From: a virus
IMG/VR virus record: IMGVR_UViG_3300023174_003073
Location: 106,987-170,986 of that record
Reading direction: 5' to 3' (one strand)
Length of the DNA stretch: 64,000 bases
Every line of letters starts with the position of its first letter. The first letter of the stretch is position 1. The notes beneath the pieces were generated by a model. That model searched no databases. It was given only the letters and a program-made list of their open reading frames with translations, and was not told where the DNA came from. The position numbers were made by a program, and so were the translations under genes. Shown here piece after piece: positions 1-9,734 of the stretch.

Positions 1-287
1 ACTTTAGTAGAGGGGTCTGTGAAATGAATCTTTGCTTCATCGACCTCTTGATGTCCTTCATCGGCTAATAATTTTTGCAATTCTTCATCATTAGCCAATT
101 CCAAATCACTTACGTCATACTTGCCAGTACTAGCCAATTTATGAATTAATGCTTGACGTTCATCAAATCCTTCTTTCAATGCAACCTTCATTAGTTTCAT
201 TAATTTAAGTTTTTGTTGAGGACTAGCCTCCTTAATTAAAGGACGAATCTTTTTAATTTGTTCAGTAATTAATTTAGACTTAGACAT
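1..287 (-). CDS. hypothetical protein, partial (runs off window start)
   Basis: Read manually: ATG at 287, MSKSKLITEQIKKIRPLIKEASPQQ..., open to position 1; not in the ORF track. Confidence 0.7.
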   Translation of the reverse strand, partial: MSKSKLITEQIKKIRPLIKEASPQQKLKLMKLMKVALKEGFDERQALIHKLASTGKYDVSDLELANDEELQKLLADEGHQEVDEAKIHFTDPSTK

Positions 288-288
288 T

Positions 289-645
289 TTAATAACACAA
301 TTTAATATAATTAATTGTACCTTCAGTACGTGTTACAACTTTTGCTCTTACCCATGCAAAATTACCAGTAACATTAACAAAATTAACTGCAGGTGTTCCA
401 ACTGAACCACCGTTATTGTTTCCCAATGTACATACTAGATTATATATCGGAAACCAATCTGTATCTAGTGTAGGATTTTCTACTAGTGTTCCTTGAACTA
501 CAACCGTACCCAAGAACCCACTTAACTTCCAAGTTAAAGTTTGTAATGTTTTACCGGCAACATAATAACTAGCACCGGGTTGTTTGTCCCCGGTAACTAC
601 TGTTATAGTCTGTGGTAATAGCGTGAGTGCAGTTGTTTGGCTCAT
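289..645 (-). CDS. small beta-rich putative virion protein
   Basis: 118 aa; G-T-x-x-x-Q-G...WF..I...NV.G.F...R motif shared with the C-terminus of 48441..49193. Confidence 0.5.
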   Translation of the reverse strand: MSQTTALTLLPQTITVVTGDKQPGASYYVAGKTLQTLTWKLSGFLGTVVVQGTLVENPTLDTDWFPIYNLVCTLGNNNGGSVGTPAVNFVNVTGNFAWVRAKVVTRTEGTINYIKLCY

Positions 646-812
646 TATGCTCTTACAACCTCAACGACTATGGCGTCGCCAACTAACTCTTGTGCGACTT
701 GTTCTAATGCTTGCTGGACATCATGGTTAGCTACGCTAGTAACTTCACCTTCACTGTCCTTAACGATTTTACTAAATTTGATGATTAATACATCTTCGAC
801 AATCTTTGCCAT
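645..812 (-). CDS. hypothetical protein, 55 aa (MAKIVEDVLIIKFSKIVKD...VEVVRA)
   Basis: Read manually; GGAG SD upstream; TAATG overlap with the next gene; GATAAATA promoter at 834-841. Confidence 0.75.
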   Translation of the reverse strand: MAKIVEDVLIIKFSKIVKDSEGEVTSVANHDVQQALEQVAQELVGDAIVVEVVRA

Positions 813-833
813 GGTAAATACTCCATTATAGAG

Positions 834-841
834 TATTTATC
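834..841 (-). promoter_or_regulatory. putative late promoter GATAAATA
   Basis: Variant of the T4 late box TATAAATA; recurs upstream of many genes here. Confidence 0.6.
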
Positions 842-844
842 ATT

Positions 845-1549
845 TTAAATTGACTCTGGACGCTTTTCTAGCGTGAATTTCCTAGAAATCATGTTAGTAA
901 AGGTTAATGCAAAAATAGTGATGAAACTCTCGTCATTATAGTCAATAAAATAGTGACTGCTACAATAACTGCGTTTCCAAGCTAACCAGCCCCCTAGACT
1001 AGGAGTTCCACTCTCAGTTAACCAATCACGTAATGATGGACTAGGAACAATTACAGTATTTGTACCCTTATATCGTTCAAACATATTCTGTAATTTCTTT
1101 GGGAAATCATCAGAAACACGCTTGCTTTTTAGATAGATACGATGCTTAAACTTAGGTTCTTCTACAAAATACTTTATACCTGTAGGGACGTTATCCTGCA
1201 CTTCAGTATAATCAACTATAAATCCTAATGTCTCTAGGCCTTTTAGGTAATTCAAATCATTAGAAAATACACTAGCAATATTGCCTTCAATTCTAATAGT
1301 TCCTTCACCCTTCTTCATTGCCTTTTTAAAAGCAGAGAATTTCACTAAGTCATCAGCATTTGCTGTTTTGATACTTTTGTTTGCTAGGATTCTTTTTTCA
1401 AAATCTTCTTTTTTTGAACTGTACGAACATAGATATGCACCAACCATATGTACTCTAGCACGATAAACATACTTGCTAAAATACAATGTTCTATATTCAA
1501 TGAATCCTATTCCGTCACTGCGGATCTGTGATAACCGTGATAATGCCAT
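845..1549 (-). CDS. hypothetical protein
   Basis: 234-aa ORF overlapping the clpA 3' end. Confidence 0.7.
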   Translation of the reverse strand: MALSRLSQIRSDGIGFIEYRTLYFSKYVYRARVHMVGAYLCSYSSKKEDFEKRILANKSIKTANADDLVKFSAFKKAMKKGEGTIRIEGNIASVFSNDLNYLKGLETLGFIVDYTEVQDNVPTGIKYFVEEPKFKHRIYLKSKRVSDDFPKKLQNMFERYKGTNTVIVPSPSLRDWLTESGTPSLGGWLAWKRSYCSSHYFIDYNDESFITIFALTFTNMISRKFTLEKRPESI

Positions 1550-3797
1550 CTTCGCCTACTTCTGCTTTAAGTTTAAGTTGAACATCAAAAACAATGTCCT
1601 CGTTTTCTAAATTAACATTGATTGTACTACTTTTGATACGCTCAAACAAGATTTTCTTGCTTAGAGGTACCCTAATTAATTCGTCAATCTTTCTTGCTAG
1701 TGGGCGGGCTCCCATTTTATTATCATAACCCTTTTCTGCTAGATACTCAACTACCGGTTCGCTTAAGTGTAATGAAATATCGTGTACATCTTTCAATGAC
1801 TTCTTCAAGTCCTCAGCAAATTTGACAACAATCTTTTTGATTGCCAACATATCTAGTTTGCTGAACTTACATACCAAGTCAATACGATTTCTGAACTCTG
1901 GCTTAAAGAACTCTTTCAATGCTTTGTCATCATCTCCTGAACGTTCTTGGCTACCAAATCCAATAACATTACGTTCACTATCACTACTACCCAAGTTACT
2001 GGTCATGATAATAATACAGTTTTTAGCATTGACTTCTTTACCATTGCTTCCTGTAACTCGACCTTCATCAAGCAACTGTAAGAAGATATTAAAGATATCT
2101 GGGTGAGCCTTTTCAACTTCATCAAACAATAATATTGAATGAGGATTCTTGCTTAAGTCATTAATCAATCGTCCACCACCTAGTGAACCTTCACCAAAGC
2201 CAACATAACCCGGGGGTGCGCCGATCAACGAACTAACGCTGAACTTCTCACCATACTCACTCATATCATACTTAAGTAGTTTCATGTCTAGGTTCTTAGA
2301 CAGCAATTTAGCTAATTCAGTCTTACCTGTACCAGTTGGGCCCAAGAATAAGAAACTTGCTAATGGTTTTTTCTCATTACCAATGCCTGCAAAACTAACA
2401 TATACTCGTTCAAGTACTTTGTCAACTGTTTCTTCTTGTCCATATAGTTTTGATTTAACATTAGATTCAAGATTAACAATACGTTCAGAGTTATCATCTG
2501 TTAACTTGTCAGCAGGAACACCTGTGTATTTTTCAATCTGTTCAAAGACTGATTCTTTAGTAATGATTGCACCTTTGTTGTCTGCTACACGTTGTTTAGC
2601 ACAAGCCGCATCTAACAAATCAATACTCTTATCCGGATTCTTACGATCCTGAATGTAACGTGTTGCACCTTCAACAGCGGCTTCAATTGCTTCGTCTGTA
2701 ATCTCTACGCTGTGGAAGTCATTCAATCGTACACTTAATCCTTTAAGAATACGCACAGTAGATTCACGACTTGGTTCATCAATAGACACACGATAGAATC
2801 TACGCATCAATGCACGATCCTTTTCAAAGGATTCGTAATATTCTTCCCAAGTAGTACTAGCAATAACTTTCAATGTACCTTTAGTGATTGCAGGCTTAAT
2901 CATGTTAGCAAAGTCTACTGCACCGTTTGTTGCACCACCTGCACCACGCATTGTATGTGCTTCGTCAATGAAAAGAATTGCATCTTTCTTAACGGTTAGT
3001 GCGTCAAGTACTGCTTTGACTTTTTCTTCAAAGTCACCTCGATACTTACTACCTGCTAACAAACTACCAATCTCTAAACTATAAAGTTCGTGACCTTTTA
3101 AGAATTCGGGTACTTCATCGTTGACAATCATTTGTGCTAGACCTTCAACGATTGCAGTTTTACCTACACCTGGATCACCGACAAGCAATACGTTTGACTT
3201 GAAACGCTTTGCGAGTACATTAACCATGTCATCAACTTCTTTACTACGACCAATCACAGGTTCTAATTTCTGTGCCTTAGCCATTTGTGTAAGATTGATA
3301 GTATATTCTTCTAGGATATCGTCTGCTTGTTCATCTGTCAACTTAACATCAGTATGTGAACCTTTATAATGTTTCTGCCAGAATGCAACAAACTCGTTCT
3401 TGACGAATCCATACTTCAATAAGAAATATTGTGCGTGACTATTACCTTCAGCCATGATACTGAGATACAAGTCAATAGTTGTTACAACTTTACGACCAGT
3501 GAACAATACTTGTGTTACTGAACGATTCATTACACGCTCTAAACTATTAGTTTTGCGTGGTTGAATTTCTTGCCCTTCGTCTACTGAGGATGTGATTGAA
3601 GACAATCCATCTAGGTAAGAAATAACTTCTTTACCCATTGTGTCAGTATCGATGCCGTAGCTGTCGATACATTTCTTAAATGGTGCATAAGAAATTAATG
3701 CTAATAGTAAGTGTTCTACTGTGCAATATTGATGATTGCGTTGTTTGGCTAAATCAATTGCCTTTTCAATGATTGATTCAATTTCTGGTGAGTGCAA
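1515..3797 (-). CDS. clpA: ClpA-type Clp/Hsp100 ATPase
   Basis: Clp N domain (EHLLLAL); two AAA+ modules GDPGVGKT/FIDEAH and GPTGTGKT/LFDEVEKAH; GARPL; no ClpB middle coiled coil; TTG start. Confidence 0.93.
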   Translation of the reverse strand: MHSPEIESIIEKAIDLAKQRNHQYCTVEHLLLALISYAPFKKCIDSYGIDTDTMGKEVISYLDGLSSITSSVDEGQEIQPRKTNSLERVMNRSVTQVLFTGRKVVTTIDLYLSIMAEGNSHAQYFLLKYGFVKNEFVAFWQKHYKGSHTDVKLTDEQADDILEEYTINLTQMAKAQKLEPVIGRSKEVDDMVNVLAKRFKSNVLLVGDPGVGKTAIVEGLAQMIVNDEVPEFLKGHELYSLEIGSLLAGSKYRGDFEEKVKAVLDALTVKKDAILFIDEAHTMRGAGGATNGAVDFANMIKPAITKGTLKVIASTTWEEYYESFEKDRALMRRFYRVSIDEPSRESTVRILKGLSVRLNDFHSVEITDEAIEAAVEGATRYIQDRKNPDKSIDLLDAACAKQRVADNKGAIITKESVFEQIEKYTGVPADKLTDDNSERIVNLESNVKSKLYGQEETVDKVLERVYVSFAGIGNEKKPLASFLFLGPTGTGKTELAKLLSKNLDMKLLKYDMSEYGEKFSVSSLIGAPPGYVGFGEGSLGGGRLINDLSKNPHSILLFDEVEKAHPDIFNIFLQLLDEGRVTGSNGKEVNAKNCIIIMTSNLGSSDSERNVIGFGSQERSGDDDKALKEFFKPEFRNRIDLVCKFSKLDMLAIKKIVVKFAEDLKKSLKDVHDISLHLSEPVVEYLAEKGYDNKMGARPLARKIDELIRVPLSKKILFERIKSSTINVNLENEDIVFDVQLKLKAEVGEDGIITVITDPQ

Positions 3798-3821
3798 AAT
3801 GATTTCCTTTTAAAATCTTAT

Positions 3822-4634
3822 TTAATTACCACGACTCTGCAAAATGCTAGCAGTTATCTTAGGATCTATTTTATCAGGAATAAATGGTTTAAGCAATATC
3901 AATTGGTCACCATTCCCTTGTTCATCCATGTGAGGGAGTCCTTGACCTGAAATACGCAGTGTAGTATCCGGTTGTGTTCCTGGCTTTACTTGAACTTGAA
4001 ATGATTTTCCACTGATAGTAACAAAGTCAAATGATGTACCCACAATCAAATCCAATACACTAATTCTATGTGGTGATATTAAATCTTGGCCTGCTCTGTC
4101 AAATCTTGGGTGAACGTGAACTCTGAATTCAACGATAAGAACTCCTCCTGCAATCAGACCATCATATCTTAATTGAGCACCGTTTTCTACACCTTTTGGA
4201 ATCTGAACTTTAATTGTTTGTGGGCCGCCTTGACCTTGTATTTGCAATATTTGTTCACCACCTGTATAGACTTGGTCTAATGAAACCCAAATAGTTGTTT
4301 TAAATGTTTGTTGAAAGTGATGTCCAAAAGGACTACCACGTTGTCCACCAAACATTTGTCCAAATATATCATTGAAGTGCATGTCAAATCCACCACCACC
4401 TGCTGTAAAGTGAAAGCCACCGGGGCCTCTACCTTGACCAAACGGATTTGGATTGTCGTACTCTTGTTTCTTTTGTGGGTCGCTTAGTGTTTCATAAGCA
4501 TTTTGAATCTTTTGAAACATAGCAGTATCACCACCCTTGTCCGGGTGATGTTGCCCTGCTAATTTGCGATATGCTTTTTTAATGTCATCAGGGGTAGCAT
4601 TTCTGTCTACCCCCAGGGTTTGATAATGTTCCAT
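3822..4634 (-). CDS. dnaJ: DnaJ/CbpA-type co-chaperone (class II)
   Basis: J domain with HPD, G/F-rich linker, C-terminal domain, no Zn finger. Confidence 0.9.
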   Translation of the reverse strand: MEHYQTLGVDRNATPDDIKKAYRKLAGQHHPDKGGDTAMFQKIQNAYETLSDPQKKQEYDNPNPFGQGRGPGGFHFTAGGGGFDMHFNDIFGQMFGGQRGSPFGHHFQQTFKTTIWVSLDQVYTGGEQILQIQGQGGPQTIKVQIPKGVENGAQLRYDGLIAGGVLIVEFRVHVHPRFDRAGQDLISPHRISVLDLIVGTSFDFVTISGKSFQVQVKPGTQPDTTLRISGQGLPHMDEQGNGDQLILLKPFIPDKIDPKITASILQSRGN

Positions 4635-4641
4635 AGTATTA

Positions 4642-4670
4642 AGTATAGCACAATTTGTGTGCTAAGTCAA
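4642..4670 (-). promoter_or_regulatory. sigma70-type promoter TTGACT-17-TATACT (extended -10), 7 nt before the dnaJ ATG
   Basis: Read directly; consensus spacing. Confidence 0.7.
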
Positions 4671-4673
4671 TAT

Positions 4674-5285
4674 TTATGAAGCTACGCCGGCTACCTTTTC
4701 TTTTGTACGACCATATGCGGCGATACCTAAAACTGCACCCATTGCGATGTGGTATAGACCAGCACCTTGCAGTGTTAATGGTTGCCATTGACTTGTAACT
4801 GAACCATGACTCATTGCTTGTAGTACTGACCATAGTACTGGAAAAATAACAAAGTCACAGGTACACGTCAACATATAAATCCAACCCATCATTGGGCGCA
4901 TTTTCTTGTTGATCCAATCTGTTGCACCTTTGTCTAATGCTACTGTGGATTCTCCACCTTCGCTCATTGCACCGCCGCCACTTTTTAGTGACTCTGCTTG
5001 ATTTTGTGTTACTGTTACTGTGCTTGTCATGTTAGAACTTCCTTGATTAGTTGGTGGTGCCATCACTGATGGACCTTGTGCTCCTGGACTTACATTCCCA
5101 AAGCTACCAAAGCCACTTGGTGCCGGTGCAGTACTCACTGTGTTACCACCTAACGGTGTGCTACCAAAACTGCTGCCTGCCGGGAATGCAGATACTGTTG
5201 GATCAGCCGCTAATATTTCGTGGTGATCGTCTGTTTTTGCTAATGGCATAGAGCCATCTGCTTTCTTTGCTAATAATGTTGCCAT
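4674..5285 (-). CDS. 3TM holin-like protein (GTA-holin type) with low-complexity N-terminal extension
   Basis: W...RP.MGW.Y...DF.IFP and LG...YGRT.EK motifs; hydrophobic segments; start trimmed to MATLLAK. Confidence 0.6.
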   Translation of the reverse strand: MATLLAKKADGSMPLAKTDDHHEILAADPTVSAFPAGSSFGSTPLGGNTVSTAPAPSGFGSFGNVSPGAQGPSVMAPPTNQGSSNMTSTVTVTQNQAESLKSGGGAMSEGGESTVALDKGATDWINKKMRPMMGWIYMLTCTCDFVIFPVLWSVLQAMSHGSVTSQWQPLTLQGAGLYHIAMGAVLGIAAYGRTKEKVAGVAS

Positions 5286-5286
5286 T

Positions 5287-5859
5287 TTATAATCCTGCCT
5301 TTGCAATAAAATCTTTTAATAAACTATCTTTTTCTTTGTTCATCTTAGCTGGTTCTAATCCAGCTTGCTTACGCATTTCATTTAATTCTGCGTCAATGTT
5401 TTCTTCTTTTGATTCTTCTTCACCATCTTCTGGATTAGCTTGACGATAAGTATGAGGACTTAATTCAAATAATCCCTTTAACTCTGATACATCTGCACCG
5501 TATTCTTCTCCATCAACAGTGATTGTCCAATCAGCTAATGACATATTTGTTAATGTTTCTAAATCATCAAGTAATTCAATGATACGTTGAACTGATGAGG
5601 TACGTCTTGGAATCTCAACGAATACTAAACTCTTTCCAGGAGTATATTCACCGTCACTTACTTGTGCATCAAGTATCCAATCATATCCACGCTCAAACCA
5701 ATCAACTAAATCTGTGCTAGCCGCATTACCTTTTACTTTGAATGCAAGTGTGATAATTTCATCATTACTACCAGACTTTGCTTCATATTCATCAATAGAC
5801 AATGTAGGAATTACTTGTCCAACCAAATCATGATAATCTAAATTTTCAAGTAGTCTCAT
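5287..5859 (-). CDS. hypothetical protein (probably late/virion-associated)
   Basis: 190 aa, acidic; TAATG-coupled to the upstream gene. Confidence 0.65.
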   Translation of the reverse strand: MRLLENLDYHDLVGQVIPTLSIDEYEAKSGSNDEIITLAFKVKGNAASTDLVDWFERGYDWILDAQVSDGEYTPGKSLVFVEIPRRTSSVQRIIELLDDLETLTNMSLADWTITVDGEEYGADVSELKGLFELSPHTYRQANPEDGEEESKEENIDAELNEMRKQAGLEPAKMNKEKDSLLKDFIAKAGL

Positions 5860-6485
5860 TACATTGCTCCTTGAGGAGGTGCCATTGGGGCAGGGGGCAT
5901 ACCACCCATTCCCATATCAGGTTGACCCATACCTTGATCGGCTGGTGCTTCACCTTGTTCTTCTGTACCTTCTTTGTCTAGATCCTCATCATATGCTTCG
6001 TCTAAGTCATCTAGTTCAATTGTTTGTCCTGCCAAGTCAATACTACCTTCACGTACATCATTCATTAATTCTTTTGGAATCTCAATGCGTACTAACCATA
6101 CTGGTTTTTCAATCATCTTAGGATAATGTGTACCTGGTTCATAATCATCAGATCCTTCAATCTTAACCGGAACTTCAATCATAGTCTTTTTGAAATGTAT
6201 TGAACATCCCAAGTGTGTTAATCTTTTGCCACCTCTTGGATCGGGCATTAGTTTTTCTGGATACATAAACACACAGGTTGTTGTGTATTTTTTAACAATA
6301 GGGCCGTTAACGATTTCACCTAGCTCCCAATTTTTATAAGCATATAAGTCTGCTTCATCTAATACACGCTCAAAGTCAAGCAATGTATTAATGGTACCGT
6401 CGCTGGTGAAAATACCCTTGATATTATCAATAATATTTGGATAATCTATATCTTTAAAAAAATCGTCAGATGGGAGTTTACTCAT
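5859..6485 (-). CDS. hypothetical protein (late)
   Basis: Start trimmed to MSKLPSD, 5 nt after GATAAATA (6491-6498); acidic and M/G/P-rich tail. Confidence 0.65.
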   Translation of the reverse strand: MSKLPSDDFFKDIDYPNIIDNIKGIFTSDGTINTLLDFERVLDEADLYAYKNWELGEIVNGPIVKKYTTTCVFMYPEKLMPDPRGGKRLTHLGCSIHFKKTMIEVPVKIEGSDDYEPGTHYPKMIEKPVWLVRIEIPKELMNDVREGSIDLAGQTIELDDLDEAYDEDLDKEGTEEQGEAPADQGMGQPDMGMGGMPPAPMAPPQGAM

Positions 6486-6652
6486 AGTTGTATTTATCAT
6501 TCTTGCAATGATAATGAGCAATTAGATTTTTTGTGGATTAGCCTAATATTTATCCCCGATGTGTGCGCTAAAAGTATACTATATTGCGCGGGCCGTTTGA
6601 CCTTAAATATACTTGAATGTTATGAGCATTCGGCTCTAAAAAGGAGAATATT

Positions 6653-7441
6653 TTGAGCAAACGCAAAACAAGTGCTTTACGCACTCAGGATCAAGATACT
6701 AGATACGCACACAGTAAAAAATACGATAACACACAGAAAACTTATTACACACAGGAATCAAAAACAATCAACTTTGACCAAAGTCGTCCTAAGCTGAACA
6801 CTAAGCCCATTGTCATGGTGCCTAAGTCAGTAAACCAAGAAAAATACATCCTCGCACTATTAGACCAAGAGACAGATATTGTCGTGGTCGGTGGACCTGC
6901 AGGAACAGGGAAGACTTATCTTGCTATGTTAGCGGCTATTAAAGCACTAAAAGCAGGTGAAGTTTCTCGTATTATTCTCACACGACCTGCAGTTGGGGTA
7001 GATGATGAAAAGCATGGCTTCTTACCAGGTGATCTAAATGCTAAGATGGAACCCTGGACAAGACCTTTGCTTGATGTATTGAGAGAATATTATACGGTAA
7101 AGGAAATCGCCCACATGCTAGAAGAACAGATAGTGGAAATTGCACCCCTAGCATTCTGTCGAGGTCGAAACTTTAAACATAGCTATATCGTATTAGATGA
7201 GGCTCAAAACGCAACCCCTGGTCAACTCAAAATGATTATGACTAGAATCGGTATTGGCAGTAAGATTGTAATTACTGGCGACATTGAACAAGCCGATAGA
7301 AAAACAGCCGACAATGGGCTACTAGACTTACAAAATCGATTGGGGAAGGGGGTGATTCCAGGGTTGCAGTTGTGTAACTTTGAACTGAAAGATGTTCAAC
7401 GACACAAGATTATAGAGCACGTACTTAGATTGTACGCTTAA
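6653..7441 (+). CDS. phoH: PhoH-family ATPase
   Basis: GPAGTGKT, LTRPAV, GFLPGDL..KM.PW, RGR, LDEAQN, TGD..Q.D; AAGGAG SD; TTG start. Confidence 0.95.
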   Translation: MSKRKTSALRTQDQDTRYAHSKKYDNTQKTYYTQESKTINFDQSRPKLNTKPIVMVPKSVNQEKYILALLDQETDIVVVGGPAGTGKTYLAMLAAIKALKAGEVSRIILTRPAVGVDDEKHGFLPGDLNAKMEPWTRPLLDVLREYYTVKEIAHMLEEQIVEIAPLAFCRGRNFKHSYIVLDEAQNATPGQLKMIMTRIGIGSKIVITGDIEQADRKTADNGLLDLQNRLGKGVIPGLQLCNFELKDVQRHKIIEHVLRLYA

Positions 7442-7447
7442 CTAGGT

Positions 7448-7478
7448 TTAGGGATGCTCATAACATCCCTAATTTTTT
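7448..7478 (+). terminator. intrinsic terminator after phoH
   Basis: TTAGGGATG/CATCCCTAA stem followed by T6. Confidence 0.75.
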
Positions 7479-7728
7479 ATGCTTCGTTTAACTGTTCAAG
7501 TTTTTCAATATGGTCTGGATAGACCTTCTTATAGTATTCAATTAAGGTATCCCAAGGTAAATTCATTACCTGTCCTTGAATAACATTTTTCTGAACATTC
7601 TTTTCTTTAAAATCCAAAATAATATTACATTGAGTAATATCTTTTTCCTTTAGATTTTTAGAAATCTCTACTTGTTCGTCAATCTTGCCATCGGGCTTTC
7701 TTACGTATGTTACTAAAAAATATCTCAT
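7477..7728 (-). CDS. hypothetical protein
   Basis: 83-aa ORF in operon. Confidence 0.65.
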   Translation of the reverse strand: MRYFLVTYVRKPDGKIDEQVEISKNLKEKDITQCNIILDFKEKNVQKNVIQGQVMNLPWDTLIEYYKKVYPDHIEKLEQLNEA

Positions 7729-7735
7729 ATTATTC

Positions 7736-8659
7736 TCAACTTGTTAATTCTACTAATGTAGCCGCAAGACTAATCTCAGGGATTCCAACTAGTGATAAGT
7801 TTGCTAGACCATTACGAATGATAATAATACTAGCATCACGTTTTTCTGCACTACTACCCCACAAATCTAAGTTGTTATACATCCAAACATAGATATCTTC
7901 TAAACGACTTGGATACAAACTCAAATGCTGTAGTAATTGCTGACGACCTTCTAAAATCTTTCCGGCTTTAAACAATTCAGTTGCTTCAAACAATAGACCA
8001 TCTTCACTGTTGCTTGCGTCTACAGGTGGCAATAATTTGCCTGTACTACTATTTACTTGAATCTGATTCAAGCATTTACGTAAGTCTGGATATGTAGCAC
8101 TTACATAGCTATCTAATATCTCTAATTCAAAATCAATGTTTTCAGCCACTAGAACAGTTGCGGCACGTGCTGTAAATTCTGTCTTGTCTGTTTTAGTTAT
8201 TCTAAATTCATGGCATCTGCTTTTAAGTGCAGGGATAATTCTATGTTCATAGTTGCAAGTTAGAATAAATCGTGCAGTCATATGATATGCTTCCATATCA
8301 TTACGCAATGCTGCCTGACCTGCTGGTGTTAGATAATCAGCTTCATCTAACAAAACAACTTTAAACTTACCAAAGGGCATTGTTTGTACAAAGCCAATGA
8401 TTTTGTTTCGTACTACATCAACACTATTTTCACGTGACGCATTGATTTCCAATACATCATATTCTTCTACACCTAATTCTTGTATAAGAACTTTTGCAAG
8501 CGTAGTCTTACCTGTACCGGGCTCACCACTCAATAATAGATGCGGAATGCTTTCATTTGCAATCCAACCAGTAACTTGCTCTTTCTGTCTATCGTCAACA
8601 AAGACATAATCATTTACAGAATGAGGTCTGTAAGCCTCTACCCAGAGTTGGTTTTTCAT
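7736..8659 (-). CDS. sliding-clamp loader large subunit (RFC/T4 gp44-like)
   Basis: LWVEAYRP, GEPGTGKT, EINAS, LLDEAD, FILTCN, SRC. Confidence 0.93.
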   Translation of the reverse strand: MKNQLWVEAYRPHSVNDYVFVDDRQKEQVTGWIANESIPHLLLSGEPGTGKTTLAKVLIQELGVEEYDVLEINASRENSVDVVRNKIIGFVQTMPFGKFKVVLLDEADYLTPAGQAALRNDMEAYHMTARFILTCNYEHRIIPALKSRCHEFRITKTDKTEFTARAATVLVAENIDFELEILDSYVSATYPDLRKCLNQIQVNSSTGKLLPPVDASNSEDGLLFEATELFKAGKILEGRQQLLQHLSLYPSRLEDIYVWMYNNLDLWGSSAEKRDASIIIIRNGLANLSLVGIPEISLAATLVELTS

Positions 8660-8988
8660 CGTTTTAGTGCTTCGTAAGTGATAATATGATTAAGTGATTC
8701 GCCCAAGTCTTTATCATGGGGTATAATATGCAATGAGTTTTTCATTCTGTCTGATTTTTCATCATATTGACGCAACTCAACTACATGCCCACCGTTAGCA
8801 GGATATAAATTAAAGCAAGTGCCACGACTTTCTAATTCACCAGATGAATCATGTCTTACTGGATTAAGACGAACATTGTTTTGTCTTTTACTACCAGTAA
8901 TAGCAAGATTGGGACCTTCGTCTGCTTCTTGCGGAATATTGTTTGCCCAGTGAACTTTCTTCATAAACCATTTATCAAACCACTTCAT
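8656..8988 (-). CDS. hypothetical protein
   Basis: 110 aa, ATGA-coupled. Confidence 0.65.
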   Translation of the reverse strand: MKWFDKWFMKKVHWANNIPQEADEGPNLAITGSKRQNNVRLNPVRHDSSGELESRGTCFNLYPANGGHVVELRQYDEKSDRMKNSLHIIPHDKDLGESLNHIITYEALKR

Positions 8989-8990
8989 TT

Positions 8991-9359
8991 TTATCCTTTA
9001 TCACCAAATGTTAAATCATTGACGGGTTCGTCAGATATGAGTAGTATATCATTTTCATCAACTCTACGCAATGTCTTTTCGCCCGTTTCATCTTCAACAT
9101 CGATGCCACGTGTCCATCTTCCATGTGCAATGCAAATCCATTTGCCCACTTTGATTTCATCGTCTTGGAATTGGTCACCCAGTGCATATACTTGTGCCCA
9201 TCGTGGTCTGATACCATTATCTTTACGATTGTCTGATGGGATGATAATACCACCATAACTAATACGTTCATCAAATTCCATATCACTTACAATGATATGT
9301 TTACCAATTGGTTTAAAATTTTCTTTCTTAAACTTATGTGGTTCAAATGCTAACTTCAT
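8991..9359 (-). CDS. groES: GroES-like co-chaperonin (T4 gp31 analogue)
   Basis: KPIGKHIIV, GGIIIP mobile loop, V.ALG, IKVG, E.DIL. Confidence 0.8.
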   Translation of the reverse strand: MKLAFEPHKFKKENFKPIGKHIIVSDMEFDERISYGGIIIPSDNRKDNGIRPRWAQVYALGDQFQDDEIKVGKWICIAHGRWTRGIDVEDETGEKTLRRVDENDILLISDEPVNDLTFGDKG

Positions 9360-9724
9360 TTCTTTGCTTTCGGTTTTGTAACTTCAACTTCTTCAACTTC
9401 TTCGTAGTCATCAAATTCTTCAAACGCTTGTTGTTCTTCAGGATTTAATTCTGTTGCAATTACTTCTGCAATTACATCCGGAGTAGGCGGAACCGTAATA
9501 GGCTCAACTACTTCATGTTCATCTTCCTGTATATTAGAAGGAAGTCTCACTGTTTTCTTATACAAACTGTTAACCCGTTGTGTATTTTCCTGCACTACAC
9601 GCCCGTGACTATCAATCACATCGCCCCTAGCATTAACATTCATGTTTCCTACAGCACGTACTTTTTCATTCTGTGCTACTAATACAGACATATCAATTGT
9701 TTTTCCTAATGCCGATCTATGCAT
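9356..9724 (-). CDS. hypothetical protein
   Basis: 122 aa, acidic C-terminus; AAGGAG SD. Confidence 0.65.
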   Translation of the reverse strand: MHRSALGKTIDMSVLVAQNEKVRAVGNMNVNARGDVIDSHGRVVQENTQRVNSLYKKTVRLPSNIQEDEHEVVEPITVPPTPDVIAEVIATELNPEEQQAFEEFDDYEEVEEVEVTKPKAKK

Positions 9725-9734
9725 AATTTTCTCC

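Noticed and set aside
637-831. Plus-strand 64-aa ORF
   Set aside because: A minus-strand 55-aa ORF (645..812) with SD, late promoter and TAATG coupling explains the region better
1822-3369. Plus-strand ORFs inside clpA, and similar short antisense ORFs throughout the track
   Set aside because: Fully overlap well-supported minus-strand genes and show no protein motifs
6522-6652. tRNA or ncRNA in the divergent intergenic region before phoH
   Set aside because: No cloverleaf or T-loop motif; only short hairpins and promoter-like boxes
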